DNA of 55,349 bases from a virus (Duplodnaviria; Caudoviricetes): the IMG/VR virus record IMGVR_UViG_3300034025_000046, positions 1 through 55,349 of that record; one strand, written 5' to 3'. Below, piece by piece: positions 7,743 to 18,426 of the stretch; within the stretch, counting starts at the first letter, position 1, and each line of letters begins with the position of its first letter. The position numbers and the translations under genes were made by a program. The notes under the pieces were generated by a model. The model did no database searches. It was not told where the DNA came from and saw only the letters and a program-made list of their open reading frames with translations.

Positions 7743-9841
7743 CGGCTGATCATCCGCCGGCTGGCCTGTGCAGCTTCGTTCCCCTGGGAGCGCATCAAGA
7801 TCTCAGCCATCATGCGGGCCTGTTCGCCCCGCCGCTCACCAACCCCAACGTTGGCGGCGCGCCGCTCCAGCCCGCCCAGTACGCCGCTCAGTTCCTCACC
7901 GGGCTGCATCAGGAGAACACGGGCGATGTCGCGATTGCGGCCGATGTCCGCGATCCGATTTGCCTCGCCCGACGCGCTCTTAACGCCTTTCAGCACGGCC
8001 GCTGCCATCATGGCGTTCGGGCCTCCGATGGACGAGAGAGGAAGGGTTAAATCGGCCGCCCTCTCACCGGCCGGCGCGAACCGCTCAGCGGCTTGACGCC
8101 GTAGCTCCGTCATGGAGTTCTGGGTCAGTCGGTTGTAGGCGGCATCGAACGCCGCTTCCCGGTCCACGGAGGCGAACACGCGCCCCGCTTCGTCCGGCCC
8201 GAACAGTTGCGAAAGCTTTGCTCGGTTCCAATCGCCCTCGCCCTTTACCGCCTGTTTCAGAGCGACAAGGTCATTGGCCTTCGTGCCGACAAGACGGTCG
8301 ATTTCAGCGCGCGTGCCTTGTTGGACACGGAACGGCACAGCCGATGGGCCAACCATCGTGCCCTGCGGCTGGGCGGCGGTCGTGATCTCCTGTGCGAGGT
8401 CGGCGGGACGGATCGCGGTCTTGCCCCCGTCCAAAACCTGCGACCCACGCTGGAGGCCCTCGTTTTGGCGAGCCAGTTCGGCGAACTTGCCGTCTACGTC
8501 CTTGATGCCCGGGACCGCGCGAGCCAGTTCGCCATCGATTTCGGCCCGCGCCGACGAGAGAACACGGATCGTGTTCGGGTCCGTCTCCGTCGCCAGCCGC
8601 CCGTCTATGGCTTGGCGGGTACTGAGGAGAGAGCGCGGGTTCTGGTCGAGCGTTCCGGGAACGCCGGGGATGTCGAGCATGCCTCGCACGTCCCGCATGG
8701 CTCGTTGGGCATCACCCCGGGTGTTGAGGATGCCCTGTTCCAGTCGAGCTGCCAGGGACAGATTGTCCACGCGAGCGGCGTTCGCCAACACCCGCTGGTA
8801 TTCGGGCTGTAGTGCCGTCTGGCCTTGCTCAATGCCTGCCTGGATGGCGGACGGCTGAGGCGCCGGGCCGAGGTTCGCGTCAAGGTCGGTAGCGAGCCGC
8901 TGGTTCGCGCCCTGCTTGCGCGCGACCACGGGCGTCGTGATCATCTCGCGGGTCTCGGGGCGGACCACGAGACCTTGGGCGCTGCCTTCAAACGAAGGGG
9001 AGGCATCGAAAAGCCGCGCCTCGGGTCCTAGCGTGGCAAGGCGCTGCTCAATTGCCCCCCGCCCACCGGCATTGTTGAAATCCTCTGCCAGGAATGTCGC
9101 GGCCTGATTGGAGACGCCCGGGACAGGAGCGCGAGCGTCGGCGAAGCGTTGAATGATCGGCGCGGCGGCGCGGCCGATGAGTTGACCAGCAACGGGGGCC
9201 ACACCTCCAAGCGCGAACCCGCCCGCTGCTCCGGTGCCAAGGCTCCATGCTTGTTTGCCGAATGAGCCCTCTCCTTCGCCGAGACCCTGCGCCGCGCCCA
9301 TTACCCCGCCGCTCAGAGCGCCCATCCCCACCCGGGTCCCAAGCGCAGCCCCAGCCCCAAGACCGAACAGGCCTGGAGCCGCCATCATGGCTGGAGCCGC
9401 GCCAGCGACATTGCCGGCGAGCTTGCCCCCGCCGAACGCCCACGGGTGCGCCGCCTCTGCCGCAGCGTCGTTCTTGCGATAGGCGTCGCGGCTGGCGTCG
9501 TAACCGCCTCCGGTCAGCGCGCCTAAGCTACCGGCGGCCTCATCGGCAAACCCGAACGTCACGCCCTGGACCGCACCACGTCCCGCCGCGTTTCCAAGCG
9601 GGGTTGCCACCGCAAGCTGCTGGGCGCTCGGGTTCGTCGGCGCCGTCGGCATCACCGGCGTCTGGCCCGGCGCGAACACCGGCCCTTCATCGGGCATAAC
9701 GCTTGCCACGCCCTGCATCTTGGGCACGGACGGGCTGGGCGTCGGGGCGAACGACTTGAAGGCCGAAAGCGCCGTGTCCTGATCCGGCGCATCCACCTCG
9801 TAGGTGGATCCGTCAGGGTGTTGGATCTCGAAAACGGCCAT
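7739..9841 (-). CDS. Internal virion / DNA ejection protein
   Basis: 700 aa, Ala/Gly-rich; MAVFEIQHPDGSTYEVDAPD start; GAVQGVTFGFADE motif typical of podovirus ejection proteins. Confidence 0.7.
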   Translation of the reverse strand: MAVFEIQHPDGSTYEVDAPDQDTALSAFKSFAPTPSPSVPKMQGVASVMPDEGPVFAPGQTPVMPTAPTNPSAQQLAVATPLGNAAGRGAVQGVTFGFADEAAGSLGALTGGGYDASRDAYRKNDAAAEAAHPWAFGGGKLAGNVAGAAPAMMAAPGLFGLGAGAALGTRVGMGALSGGVMGAAQGLGEGEGSFGKQAWSLGTGAAGGFALGGVAPVAGQLIGRAAAPIIQRFADARAPVPGVSNQAATFLAEDFNNAGGRGAIEQRLATLGPEARLFDASPSFEGSAQGLVVRPETREMITTPVVARKQGANQRLATDLDANLGPAPQPSAIQAGIEQGQTALQPEYQRVLANAARVDNLSLAARLEQGILNTRGDAQRAMRDVRGMLDIPGVPGTLDQNPRSLLSTRQAIDGRLATETDPNTIRVLSSARAEIDGELARAVPGIKDVDGKFAELARQNEGLQRGSQVLDGGKTAIRPADLAQEITTAAQPQGTMVGPSAVPFRVQQGTRAEIDRLVGTKANDLVALKQAVKGEGDWNRAKLSQLFGPDEAGRVFASVDREAAFDAAYNRLTQNSMTELRRQAAERFAPAGERAADLTLPLSSIGGPNAMMAAAVLKGVKSASGEANRIADIGRNRDIARVLLMQPGEELSGVLGGLERRAANVGVGERRGEQARMMAEILMRSQGNEAAQASRRMISR

Positions 9842-9843
9842 GA

Positions 9844-12639
9844 TCAGTTCTTCTTCCTGATCTTGACGCCACCCACATCCGTCCAGCCGTCGTTGGCGGG
9901 AGCCGGCGCGGCGTTAGGCTTCGCGGGCGCCTGCCAAGGCTTCGAGCGCTCGAAGGTCGGGACGACGTCCTCTTCGTTCATGCGTCCACGCTTGGCGATC
10001 CCCCGATAATGCTGGGCATCCACGTCGAACTCATCCTCATAGGATTTCATCCGACCATGGGCCTCGGCCATGAGCGCGGCTCTGGTTTCAGGCTGGAGAC
10101 GAGCGCCGCCGAAGACCGATTTGGCCAGACCCGCCAGCCGGTCGTCGATACCCGCCGTGCCCTGCGCAAGGGCCATCTCACCCTCTCGAACCACGCTGCC
10201 CGGGTCCATGATTTTTCCCAAGCCGTAAATGAGATTCAGATCGGACGCCTTGCTGTCCGTTGCGGCGGTGGCCGACATCGCCCTGTAGACGGGAGCCGCC
10301 TGTTTCAGGTTCTTGTAGGAGGGGATGCCGAGCACCTCTTTGCGGACCTCGGCCACCTGTTTCGGGTCAACCGGGAGAGCGTTGGACGCAGCCGCCTCGG
10401 ATTGCTGCTTGAGCCACACCTTGGGATCAACGCCGGGAGGCGGGGCTGGAATGGCCGAGCCTGGTTGCCCCGGGAGAACGGCGCTTCCTGTTGAGGCAGC
10501 CGCCTGACCGGGAACAGTCCGCATGTTGGACGGATCGATGAAGCCGTAGCTTTCGTTGCCGTACTGGTCCTTTCCGATGACGCCATAGGTCGGGATCTTC
10601 GTCTTCGCGATCGACCCGACAAGCTTCCCACTTGGCCCGATGATGCCGATGCTGTCGCCCAAATCGACATGCTCGGTCTTCGGGTTCAACTGGCTCATCG
10701 CCCACATCTGCTGCTGCGGGGACGCCTCCGGGTTCGTCATGATGGCGACCAGGGCCGCGCGACGCGGATCTGCCGTGCTCGCCACAGGAGGCGCCACAGG
10801 ACCGTTCGGCCCTGGCACCGGCCCACCTGCCGATCCGGGCGGGATGACGGCCTGCGGGGCAGGCGAGGCCTCCACCTGGGGTGCCACTGGCGGCGGAGCG
10901 GGAATGCTCGGGTCCACCCCACGGGCAAGCTGCTGCGGCGTGAAGCCCGACGCCGATGCGCTGGGCTGAGGCAGTGGCGGTCCCGAGGCCAGGACGGCTT
11001 GGGCCAATGCGGTTCGGTCCGGCGATCCCGAGGTGCCGCCCTGACCCGGCGCATAGTTGGCCAGGGCCGCCGCGAGCGCCTGGGGATCGGCCTGGGATGC
11101 CGTGAACTGGCGTGCTCCGGCGCTGTCCGAGTTCGACAGGTCCGGACCGCCGGCCATCACGGCGCGTGCCATCGCGACAGCCTGCGCGTTCAGAGCTGGC
11201 ATGTCGGCACGCGGATCATAGCCGAGATCGGCAGGCCGGGACGGCGGCAGAGGAGCGGCGACAGCGCGCGCCAATGCCTGACGGGGTTCCACAGGCGCCC
11301 CAAGGTCTGCGGGACGCGAGGGTGGCAGCGGGGCTTCGACGCCTGATCCGCCACGCACCGTCACCGCGAGCGGGACGCTGTCCTCGACGGGAGGCGAGGC
11401 TAGGCCAGCGAGGGACTGAGCGATGGCAGGCGAAGCGTCAGGCGGAAGCGGGACGGTGGTGCCGCCATAAGTCGTTGTCGCCGGATCAAGCCCTACGCGC
11501 TTGAACTGATCCGCATTCGACAACGGCGCCAGATCTGCGAGCGAGGGCACGGCAGGACCAGCCGGTGCGGGCGGGATAAAGAACCCGGGCTCATCATCCG
11601 GGGTGCCGGTCTGGTTCCCCATCGGGTCCATGCCGGTCGGAATGGCACCAGCAGTCGGGAGGTCCGCGAACTGAGGACGAGCCGGCGGGATCGCGACCAT
11701 CGTGCCCGGATCGCCCGTCACCGGCACCATCGGGATCTGAGCGTTGTCGAACTCACCCGTGTAGCCGGACGGGGCGGATGCAGGAGCGTTGAGAGCCGAC
11801 GCATCGGCGGTCCGCTGGCCTCCCGTGCCTACCTTGGACAACGTGCTCTGGTAGGCTGCCGCGGCCTTGCTTGGGTTGTCCTTGAAGCCCGCCCAAGTAG
11901 GGGCCAAAGCCGCCGCGATCTGCGGCGTGAACCCGTTTGCCTGAAGGTCGCTGTCGAGGTTGCGGCCGGTGCGGCGCGCGTAATCGTCCTGTGCAAGCTT
12001 CAGCGCACGGCGGTCCTGGTTCTCGGGGTCGAATGCGCCACCGCCCATGCGGTCCCACGTCGTCTTCGTAAACTGGTAGCGCCCGGCCGCAGACGATGGC
12101 CCGGCCGGTCCAGGTTCGAAGATGGCGGGATGCTGAGACGTATCAGCGAAGGTTGCCCCACCCTTGGGAGTATAGCGAATGTCATAGCGCCCCCCGCTCT
12201 CTGGCGCGGCGATGGCATTGAGGAGCGCCGTCTGATGGGGCTGAAGGTCTTGCGCCACCGGCATGCTGGCGAATGCCGGGAGTTTGCCGGAGGTGTTGAA
12301 GCCCTTTAACGGGGTAGACGGGGTGGCCATAGAAGCGGGCGCCCCGGCAGAGGACGTGGGCGCGACAGCGGGTCCATTAACCCCGGACGCGACCAGCACG
12401 GCGTCCGCGAGCTGCTTACGGAGTTTCTCGCTCTCTGCATCCTCTTTGCCGCGCAGGTATCCGCCAAGCGCGCCGACCGCGACTTGTCCGAAGCCTTGAA
12501 GCGGAGAAGCGACCGGAGCCTGGGACGCCTGCATCAGCATCGCGCCCATGGACTGAGCGCGCTTGCGGCGACGCGACGTGCTGTCGTCGTCATCGCCACC
12601 GCCACCGCCGATTGATGTCGCGAAGGGATTGAGCGGCAT
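9844..12639 (-). CDS. Internal virion protein with lambda-lysozyme-like (GH104-type) muralytic domain
   Basis: LLNAIAAPES...SSAAGRYQFTKTTW...FDPENQDRRA; long Pro/Ala-rich linker; C-terminal KIMDPGSVVREGE. Confidence 0.8.
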   Translation of the reverse strand: MPLNPFATSIGGGGGDDDDSTSRRRKRAQSMGAMLMQASQAPVASPLQGFGQVAVGALGGYLRGKEDAESEKLRKQLADAVLVASGVNGPAVAPTSSAGAPASMATPSTPLKGFNTSGKLPAFASMPVAQDLQPHQTALLNAIAAPESGGRYDIRYTPKGGATFADTSQHPAIFEPGPAGPSSAAGRYQFTKTTWDRMGGGAFDPENQDRRALKLAQDDYARRTGRNLDSDLQANGFTPQIAAALAPTWAGFKDNPSKAAAAYQSTLSKVGTGGQRTADASALNAPASAPSGYTGEFDNAQIPMVPVTGDPGTMVAIPPARPQFADLPTAGAIPTGMDPMGNQTGTPDDEPGFFIPPAPAGPAVPSLADLAPLSNADQFKRVGLDPATTTYGGTTVPLPPDASPAIAQSLAGLASPPVEDSVPLAVTVRGGSGVEAPLPPSRPADLGAPVEPRQALARAVAAPLPPSRPADLGYDPRADMPALNAQAVAMARAVMAGGPDLSNSDSAGARQFTASQADPQALAAALANYAPGQGGTSGSPDRTALAQAVLASGPPLPQPSASASGFTPQQLARGVDPSIPAPPPVAPQVEASPAPQAVIPPGSAGGPVPGPNGPVAPPVASTADPRRAALVAIMTNPEASPQQQMWAMSQLNPKTEHVDLGDSIGIIGPSGKLVGSIAKTKIPTYGVIGKDQYGNESYGFIDPSNMRTVPGQAAASTGSAVLPGQPGSAIPAPPPGVDPKVWLKQQSEAAASNALPVDPKQVAEVRKEVLGIPSYKNLKQAAPVYRAMSATAATDSKASDLNLIYGLGKIMDPGSVVREGEMALAQGTAGIDDRLAGLAKSVFGGARLQPETRAALMAEAHGRMKSYEDEFDVDAQHYRGIAKRGRMNEEDVVPTFERSKPWQAPAKPNAAPAPANDGWTDVGGVKIRKKN

Positions 12640-14285
12640 CAGAGCACCTGCGCGTAGTCGACGCCCATGAAGCCGTTGGGCATCATGAACACGGCGGACG
12701 GCATCAAGGGCAGCACTTCATCGGCCATGCAGCCGACGTGCTCCGCCATGGTTGGATCGCTGCGGAACCGATAGGCGTAGAGCGGCACGCCCTTCGACGT
12801 GTTGATGCCCAGCGGACGGATTTTCTCTTTCAGGCGACGGTCGGAAGGTGATTTTCCGAAAGCATATCCGCCTGCGCTCGCGAGAGAGCCACCAAGCCCG
12901 AAGAGCCCGGACATCATGGCCTGATTTGCCGCGAGTTTTGATTTGTATTGGTCGTTTGCAATCTGCGCGGTGTTATACACGCTCGATGCGATCGGGGCCG
13001 GGTCAAAACTGGCCGACTTGAACGGCGAAAACTGCGGCACATTGATCTGTACCCCGTTCGTCAGCGCCCCGATCTCGTTAATCGGCTGATTCCGGAAGTA
13101 CGCCGCCTCCTGAAGCGCTCGCTCCCGGGCGGTGTTCGCGTAATCCGCCGCCGTCTGCGTATTGCCGAATTCGGCCTGGCCGACCTGGTTGTTGAAGGTC
13201 GCCGCCCCGACTTGGTTCCCGTACATCTGCTGGGCAGCATCATTTCCAAACCCGGCCTGAGCCGCGTACATGGCATTGTTCGCGAGCGTGCTATCCCGCG
13301 AGAACCCGGCGCGACCGAGAAGCTGGTCGTATTCCTGGCCTTGAGCGGTATTGTTCTGCTGAATAGCGCTGAGACCGAACAGCCCGCGGTCCCGGGCTTG
13401 GGAGAAACCCTGAGCCTGAGCGGAATTTTCGAACGCGGCAGTGTTGGCATTCTGCCCATAACGCTGGGCCTGAGCCGAGTTGGCGAACCCGCCAGCCAAA
13501 AGCGCATCCGCGAAGAGGCGGCTTTGCTCCTGCCCTCCGGCCGCCGTAACAGCCAGCCGCGCGTCGTTCTCCTGCCGGCTCGCCTCGTCCGCAGCGGCAT
13601 TGAACGCCGCCGTGCCCCGCGTCAGGCCTTGATTGACCAGCCGGGTTTCCAGAGCCTCACGGGTGCGAGCAAGCTGGGGGCTGAGCCGATCGTTGAGCGC
13701 CTGTTCGACGCGAAGTCGATCCGCAGAGAAGTCGGTCGGCCCAACCCTGCTCTGGATCTCCCCCGCATCCGCGATTGAGCGCGTGATCGGCCCTGCATCG
13801 CCGAATGTCGTCTCGCCGTACTGGACCCCACGGCTCGGGTCACCGAACGTGGTGGCGACGTTGTCGCTGCGATAGCCGGTCGCAAGGGCGGGGCCGTTGC
13901 CGACCCTTGAGAGCGTCGGAGCCGCCCCTAGCGAGGTAGCGGCAGCCGGCAGACCATCTGGTCCGAATGGCTGAGCGAGCGCAGTGCCGAGGCGGCCAAG
14001 CTGATCCCCGGCCGTGCGCTGCATCTGAATGTTCAGCGCGTTCGATTGATCGTAAAGCGTCTTCTCGTCCGGCGCGAGCGTCGTGTATTTTGTATAGGTC
14101 GGGACGAGTTTGCCCCCGCCGATGTCCTCCACGCCCGTCTTCTCATATCGGACGCTTCCGCCAGGTCCGAACTCGTTGGCGTTGGCCATCGCCGTGTTGC
14201 CGATCGCGGTCTCTAGATTCGCCGCGCCCTGAGCCTGAGCCGTTGCGATTGGATCCGGTGGCGGCGGAGCTGCGGGAGTTTTCAT
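12639..14285 (-). CDS. Virion/ejection protein with C-terminal peptidase S74-like domain
   Basis: Gln/Ala/Gly-rich helical body; SDRRLKEKIRPLG...LYAYRF...GCMADEV...VDYAQV. Confidence 0.75.
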   Translation of the reverse strand: MKTPAAPPPPDPIATAQAQGAANLETAIGNTAMANANEFGPGGSVRYEKTGVEDIGGGKLVPTYTKYTTLAPDEKTLYDQSNALNIQMQRTAGDQLGRLGTALAQPFGPDGLPAAATSLGAAPTLSRVGNGPALATGYRSDNVATTFGDPSRGVQYGETTFGDAGPITRSIADAGEIQSRVGPTDFSADRLRVEQALNDRLSPQLARTREALETRLVNQGLTRGTAAFNAAADEASRQENDARLAVTAAGGQEQSRLFADALLAGGFANSAQAQRYGQNANTAAFENSAQAQGFSQARDRGLFGLSAIQQNNTAQGQEYDQLLGRAGFSRDSTLANNAMYAAQAGFGNDAAQQMYGNQVGAATFNNQVGQAEFGNTQTAADYANTARERALQEAAYFRNQPINEIGALTNGVQINVPQFSPFKSASFDPAPIASSVYNTAQIANDQYKSKLAANQAMMSGLFGLGGSLASAGGYAFGKSPSDRRLKEKIRPLGINTSKGVPLYAYRFRSDPTMAEHVGCMADEVLPLMPSAVFMMPNGFMGVDYAQVL

Positions 14286-14725
14286 TGATCAGCAATCCAT
14301 GGACACTCGACGGCCAGCATCCCGTAAGTGACGAGATCCTGAATGCCGTCGAAGTCGCGAGGGTGGATGCCCTCAAGTCGGCATCCGAGAAATTCGAGGA
14401 GCGCGCGGACGCGGGCGTTGTCGGCGCTGGTCTTCGCCGTGGCCCGGACGCGCCTGAGATGGACGAATGTATATTCGAACAACCGTCGAAGGGTGCGCCG
14501 CTTGCACCATTTCGCATTGTCACACGAGATCGCGATCTCGCATCCCCATTTGGTCCAGTTCTGAAATACGACGCCACCGATCATTCGGCCGTCGTGGACC
14601 AGTCCGAGCGCACGGAAGTTGACGAATGGCGGACCACCCATCCGCGACCAAACGAAGTCGGCCGCGAGCTTATCCGCCCCGTAAAGAATGCCGTCCTGAA
14701 CGCTCGCCTGAAGAGGCAACGTCAC
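14282..14725 (-). CDS. GNAT-family acetyltransferase in the virion module
   Basis: RVRATAKTSADNARVRALLEFLGCRLEG GNAT motif. Confidence 0.75.
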   Translation of the reverse strand: MTLPLQASVQDGILYGADKLAADFVWSRMGGPPFVNFRALGLVHDGRMIGGVVFQNWTKWGCEIAISCDNAKWCKRRTLRRLFEYTFVHLRRVRATAKTSADNARVRALLEFLGCRLEGIHPRDFDGIQDLVTYGMLAVECPWIADQ

Positions 14726-16281
14726 AGAAGCCCACCGACTTCATAAGTGAGATCCACGCCGTTCAGCATAACGGGAGCGGTTGCGGCTACACGGAACGCA
14801 ACCGAAACCGTCGTACCGATCCCCTCTACGCCCTGCCAGCCCTGCGTCGAGACACTGTCAGCGCCCCAATATGCCTCATCCCAGGCCGTCACGTCCCATG
14901 CCGGGCCGGCATCGCCGGGCGGGATCGTGCGATATGGCACGGGCGACGTGTCGAGATCCGTTTTGATGTGAACCGCCGGCAGATAGCTTGGCGGGGCCAC
15001 AATTCGCGGACGCGCCATGACAAGCCGCTTGTTCGATACCGACCGGAGGTCCGTGAAGGCGTGCTGGTAGCTCGCGAGGATCGGTAGCCCGAGGTCAGCG
15101 ACCCCATCGAGACGGTAAACGGTTCCGTCGTTCCCGCCGAAGAACATGGCCGTGCCGAACCAGGCAAAACATCCCGCGTTCAGACCCGTGAACTTCGACC
15201 ATGCGCCCGTTTGCGTCGAGAAGACGTATTGGTCCTGCTGAACGCGCTCGCGGACGGGCACATTCATGACCATGAAGCCGTAGCGCGGGTTTTCGGAAAC
15301 CTGCCAGCCGAAGGACGCGGACGAGAACTCAGCGGCCTGCCGCCATGCGTTCCCAATCTTGGTCGTAAGGGCCTGGTTGGCCTGCCCCGTCTCGGACAGG
15401 CTCATGGCCTGGGAAAGCGCGATAGGGCCTTGGATCGTCAGGATGATGAGTTCGCCGCCCAGCTTGTAGGTACAGCGCCGACCCAGAGGCTCGGGGATCT
15501 TGTAGATGCCCCGCAATTGCCACGTAGCGGCGTTGTCAGGATCCGTGCCTTGGTAGACCACGACCTGACCACGCGAGGTGATAAAGGCGGCGTAGTCGTC
15601 GGGACCTTGCCCCCCATCGACCGTCCAGCTCGCGGAGGCGAGTAGCTCCCCGCCTAAAGAGCAGAACGGCCCAAGATCGAACGGCGTCGCCGTGCCCGCA
15701 ATCTGGAGCACGGGCAGGTACCAGCCCCGTAGCGTGCTCTTCTCGACGAACCAGAGGCGGCCAACATGCGGCTCGACATGGATGAAGTTATTCGCGTTGA
15801 GCGCGACCCCATTGTAGGTGCCTGTGATGACAGGCGAGGTCCAGATCGTGCCGTTATAGTGGCGGGGCGCATCGGACCCGTTCACGAGGACGAGGTACTG
15901 CCCTCCCGGCGTGGCGAAGTTGGTGTGCTGCCAGCGACCGTTCGACAGGCCAGTCTGAACCGCAGGGCCGACCGCCGCTTGGGCTGTGACATCATAGATG
16001 TTGTTCGGGACCGCCGCGAACAGCTTGTTATTGCCCGAAGCGGAGAACCACGGCATCAGGCTCTCGACGTAGGTGCCGAGACCAGTGGCCCATGTTTGTT
16101 TGCCGGGCCTGACCCGGATTCCTCCGGGTGTCACAAGCCAATTCTCCAGGGTTAGCGCATCGGCTGCGCCCATTCCCGAGAGCGGGTCGCGTGCATTCCA
16201 TCCGCCAGTTGGTGGCGAGATGGAGACCGTTCTATTGACTGAGCCCCCGCGACGCTTAGGGGCCAGGACGGCTCGCCTCAC
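14722..16281 (-). CDS. Tail tubular protein B / nozzle (head-closure) protein
   Basis: GTG start overlaps the upstream stop; PPTGGWNARD N-terminus; beta-propeller-like sequence; follows the adaptor gene. Confidence 0.75.
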   Translation of the reverse strand: MRRAVLAPKRRGGSVNRTVSISPPTGGWNARDPLSGMGAADALTLENWLVTPGGIRVRPGKQTWATGLGTYVESLMPWFSASGNNKLFAAVPNNIYDVTAQAAVGPAVQTGLSNGRWQHTNFATPGGQYLVLVNGSDAPRHYNGTIWTSPVITGTYNGVALNANNFIHVEPHVGRLWFVEKSTLRGWYLPVLQIAGTATPFDLGPFCSLGGELLASASWTVDGGQGPDDYAAFITSRGQVVVYQGTDPDNAATWQLRGIYKIPEPLGRRCTYKLGGELIILTIQGPIALSQAMSLSETGQANQALTTKIGNAWRQAAEFSSASFGWQVSENPRYGFMVMNVPVRERVQQDQYVFSTQTGAWSKFTGLNAGCFAWFGTAMFFGGNDGTVYRLDGVADLGLPILASYQHAFTDLRSVSNKRLVMARPRIVAPPSYLPAVHIKTDLDTSPVPYRTIPPGDAGPAWDVTAWDEAYWGADSVSTQGWQGVEGIGTTVSVAFRVAATAPVMLNGVDLTYEVGGLL

Positions 16282-16985
16282 TGGCCCAAGGCCCACGGAT
16301 AGGCGAAATCGTCGGCTCTTAACCGAGAGGTGCCAATCGTCAGCATGCGGCGGCCCCGGGTAGAACCGGCGGCGCGCTCGACGGCCAACTCGGCCGTCCG
16401 CATATCCTCCGCATACTCGTAGCCCTTGGCCTGCTTCCACCTCCAAATCACACCCAACGTGATGAGGCTTTCTGGGATACGGCAGACATCGGCGTCCGAC
16501 GTCCAATCCTCGGACCCGACCACGCCCAACTCGAAAAGGTGCTTGCTGACGTAGCTGAACGAGATCGTCAGTCCGGCCGGAGGTGCGGGGGCCATCTGGA
16601 GAACGCCTCCAATGGTGCGCCAGCCCGTCGTCCAGCCCGCAAAACCGTTCGTCACGCGGCGCCACTGATGATCGTTCGTCGGCCCTGCTAGGCCATCACG
16701 TCTCGCAACATCGTACAGTTCGCCGCGATCATCCTGGCGAAACGGAAACCGGCCGAAATCGTCCGGCAAGGCCCCGGCCTGCACCGTATTCGCGACCGTC
16801 GTGAACGTATGCTCGCGGATCAGCCCGTCCCAATCGATGCGCCCTGCGAGGTCCTCGGCATCGATCCGCGCCAGTTCACGCATGCCCAGCGCCAGCGGAT
16901 CCATAGACGCGACCACAGCGTTCGGGGGCACTACCCCTATGGCCGGGTTGCGGCAGGCCCGCTGGACGATGGTTAGAAGGCTCAC
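16278..16985 (-). CDS. Tail tubular protein A / head-tail adaptor
   Basis: MSLLTIVQRAC...LPDDFGR...LITLGVIWRWKQAKGYEYAED. Confidence 0.75.
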   Translation of the reverse strand: MSLLTIVQRACRNPAIGVVPPNAVVASMDPLALGMRELARIDAEDLAGRIDWDGLIREHTFTTVANTVQAGALPDDFGRFPFRQDDRGELYDVARRDGLAGPTNDHQWRRVTNGFAGWTTGWRTIGGVLQMAPAPPAGLTISFSYVSKHLFELGVVGSEDWTSDADVCRIPESLITLGVIWRWKQAKGYEYAEDMRTAELAVERAAGSTRGRRMLTIGTSRLRADDFAYPWALGQ

Positions 16986-17750
16986 TTAATGAGCCTTATC
17001 GCTGTCCGGCGCCGTGGCGATCTCCATCGCCCGCGCGACCAGCTTTTCCCGGCCGGGGTTGCCGCGCACAGGCTCACCCGTCTCGGCCTTGATGTAGGCC
17101 TTGAGTTCGGCGTCCGTGCAGTCGTCCAGGCTCTTGCCCTGATAGTCGGGCTCGGGGTCCTCCTCCGGGATGGGGGCGGGCGCCGCAGGCTGAAAAGCCC
17201 TCATCATGGCCCGCATCTCGTCCATCTCCTGCCGGAGCGCGACGTTTTCTGCCGCAAGCGCGGTGACGTCGGCGCTACCGGCGGCGTTCTCAAGATAGGC
17301 CGCAGCCTGGTTCTTCAGTTCGCGACCGCCGATGCCGAGCTGCTTGAGAGGAGTACCATCGAGCGCCGCCAGAGCCTCGGCGGTGTGGATGTTGAGCGCC
17401 TTCAGCTCGCTCCGCTTCGCGGCGGTGACGAACGGCAGCTCCTCGACAGGCGTTCCGCTGACGCTCTGCGTCGTAGACGACTTGAACTGCTGGTACTGCG
17501 GGGCATAGACCTGAGCGTAGGTGATGACCTCGCTCGAGGAAATCTCCCCGCTGGCGATGGCGATCCGGGTCGCGTTCGGCTCCGCGTCATGGGCCGGGAA
17601 CACGGCAACCTTCTGGCGATCGCCCGCGAATCGGATCTCGACGACCTCCAGGTCCTCGAAGATCGGGCGCCCCTCGGCCTTGGACCGGGTCTCATTGGCA
17701 GATGTGTGGACCCTGAACACGGGCGTGAGCAGATTAGACGTGGACGACAT
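16986..17750 (-). CDS. Head-region hypothetical protein
   Basis: SKAEGRPIFED...SGTPVEELPF...LKALNIHTAEALA; gene order. Confidence 0.7.
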   Translation of the reverse strand: MSSTSNLLTPVFRVHTSANETRSKAEGRPIFEDLEVVEIRFAGDRQKVAVFPAHDAEPNATRIAIASGEISSSEVITYAQVYAPQYQQFKSSTTQSVSGTPVEELPFVTAAKRSELKALNIHTAEALAALDGTPLKQLGIGGRELKNQAAAYLENAAGSADVTALAAENVALRQEMDEMRAMMRAFQPAAPAPIPEEDPEPDYQGKSLDDCTDAELKAYIKAETGEPVRGNPGREKLVARAMEIATAPDSDKAH

Positions 17751-17769
17751 CGGGGAGCCTTTCGGACAT

Positions 17770-17797
17770 GAAAAAGGGCGGCCCGAAGACCGCCCTC
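17770..17797 (-). terminator. Intrinsic terminator after the head genes
   Basis: AGGGCGG/CCGCCCT stem plus TTTTC. Confidence 0.65.
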
Positions 17798-17817
17798 ATT
17801 GCGGTGAGATCCCCGCC

Positions 17818-18351
17818 TTAGTTGGCGGCGCCGGCGGTGATGGACGGACGGTCGATCTCGAACTCGGCCAGGCCCGCACCGGGCACGCCCACGGCGGATG
17901 CACCGAGAGCCTTCAGCACACGGAAACCAGCGGCGACCGTGGACGACACGGTGCCCGGCGTCGCCGTCGCATAGACGAGTCCGTTGTCGGCAAAGCCGCC
18001 CGCCGCGAGACCGATCGCCTTGCCGCTGATCTGGTACCAGCCGTACTGACCGGCGACGTTCGGCGACATCGCGACCGCGACGACGCCAGGGGTCGTCTGT
18101 CCCGTGCTGAGCAGACTGGTCCCGAAATCGTCGGGGTTGAAGACGACCCAGGACCCTCGCACCGTGCCAGCGACGCCAGCGAGATAGATGAACTCGCCCG
18201 TGCCGTAGCCGGCGCTGAGATCCTGGTTGCGATGGATGTCGCCCAGCCAGGGGCCAGGGGTCGAGCGACCGGCGGCCGTGGACTGTGCGCCGGTGAAATT
18301 GATCGGCGGCTGACCGAGGTGAGGGGTATGAAAGACGGACGTTGCGGCCAT
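17818..18351 (-). CDS. Capsid decoration/cement-like protein
   Basis: Directly after the capsid gene; GEFIYLAG...GQYGWYQISG. Confidence 0.65.
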   Translation of the reverse strand: MAATSVFHTPHLGQPPINFTGAQSTAAGRSTPGPWLGDIHRNQDLSAGYGTGEFIYLAGVAGTVRGSWVVFNPDDFGTSLLSTGQTTPGVVAVAMSPNVAGQYGWYQISGKAIGLAAGGFADNGLVYATATPGTVSSTVAAGFRVLKALGASAVGVPGAGLAEFEIDRPSITAGAAN

Positions 18352-18383
18352 GATCGGCCTCCTTTGCTGTGAGGTTGAACGAG

Positions 18384-18411
18384 GAAAGGGGCGGCTTGCG
18401 TACCGCCCCTT
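18384..18411 (-). terminator. Hairpin/terminator after the major capsid gene
   Basis: AAGGGGCGG/CCGCCCCTT stem. Confidence 0.55.
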
Positions 18412-18426
18412 GGTTCGTCAGGCCGA

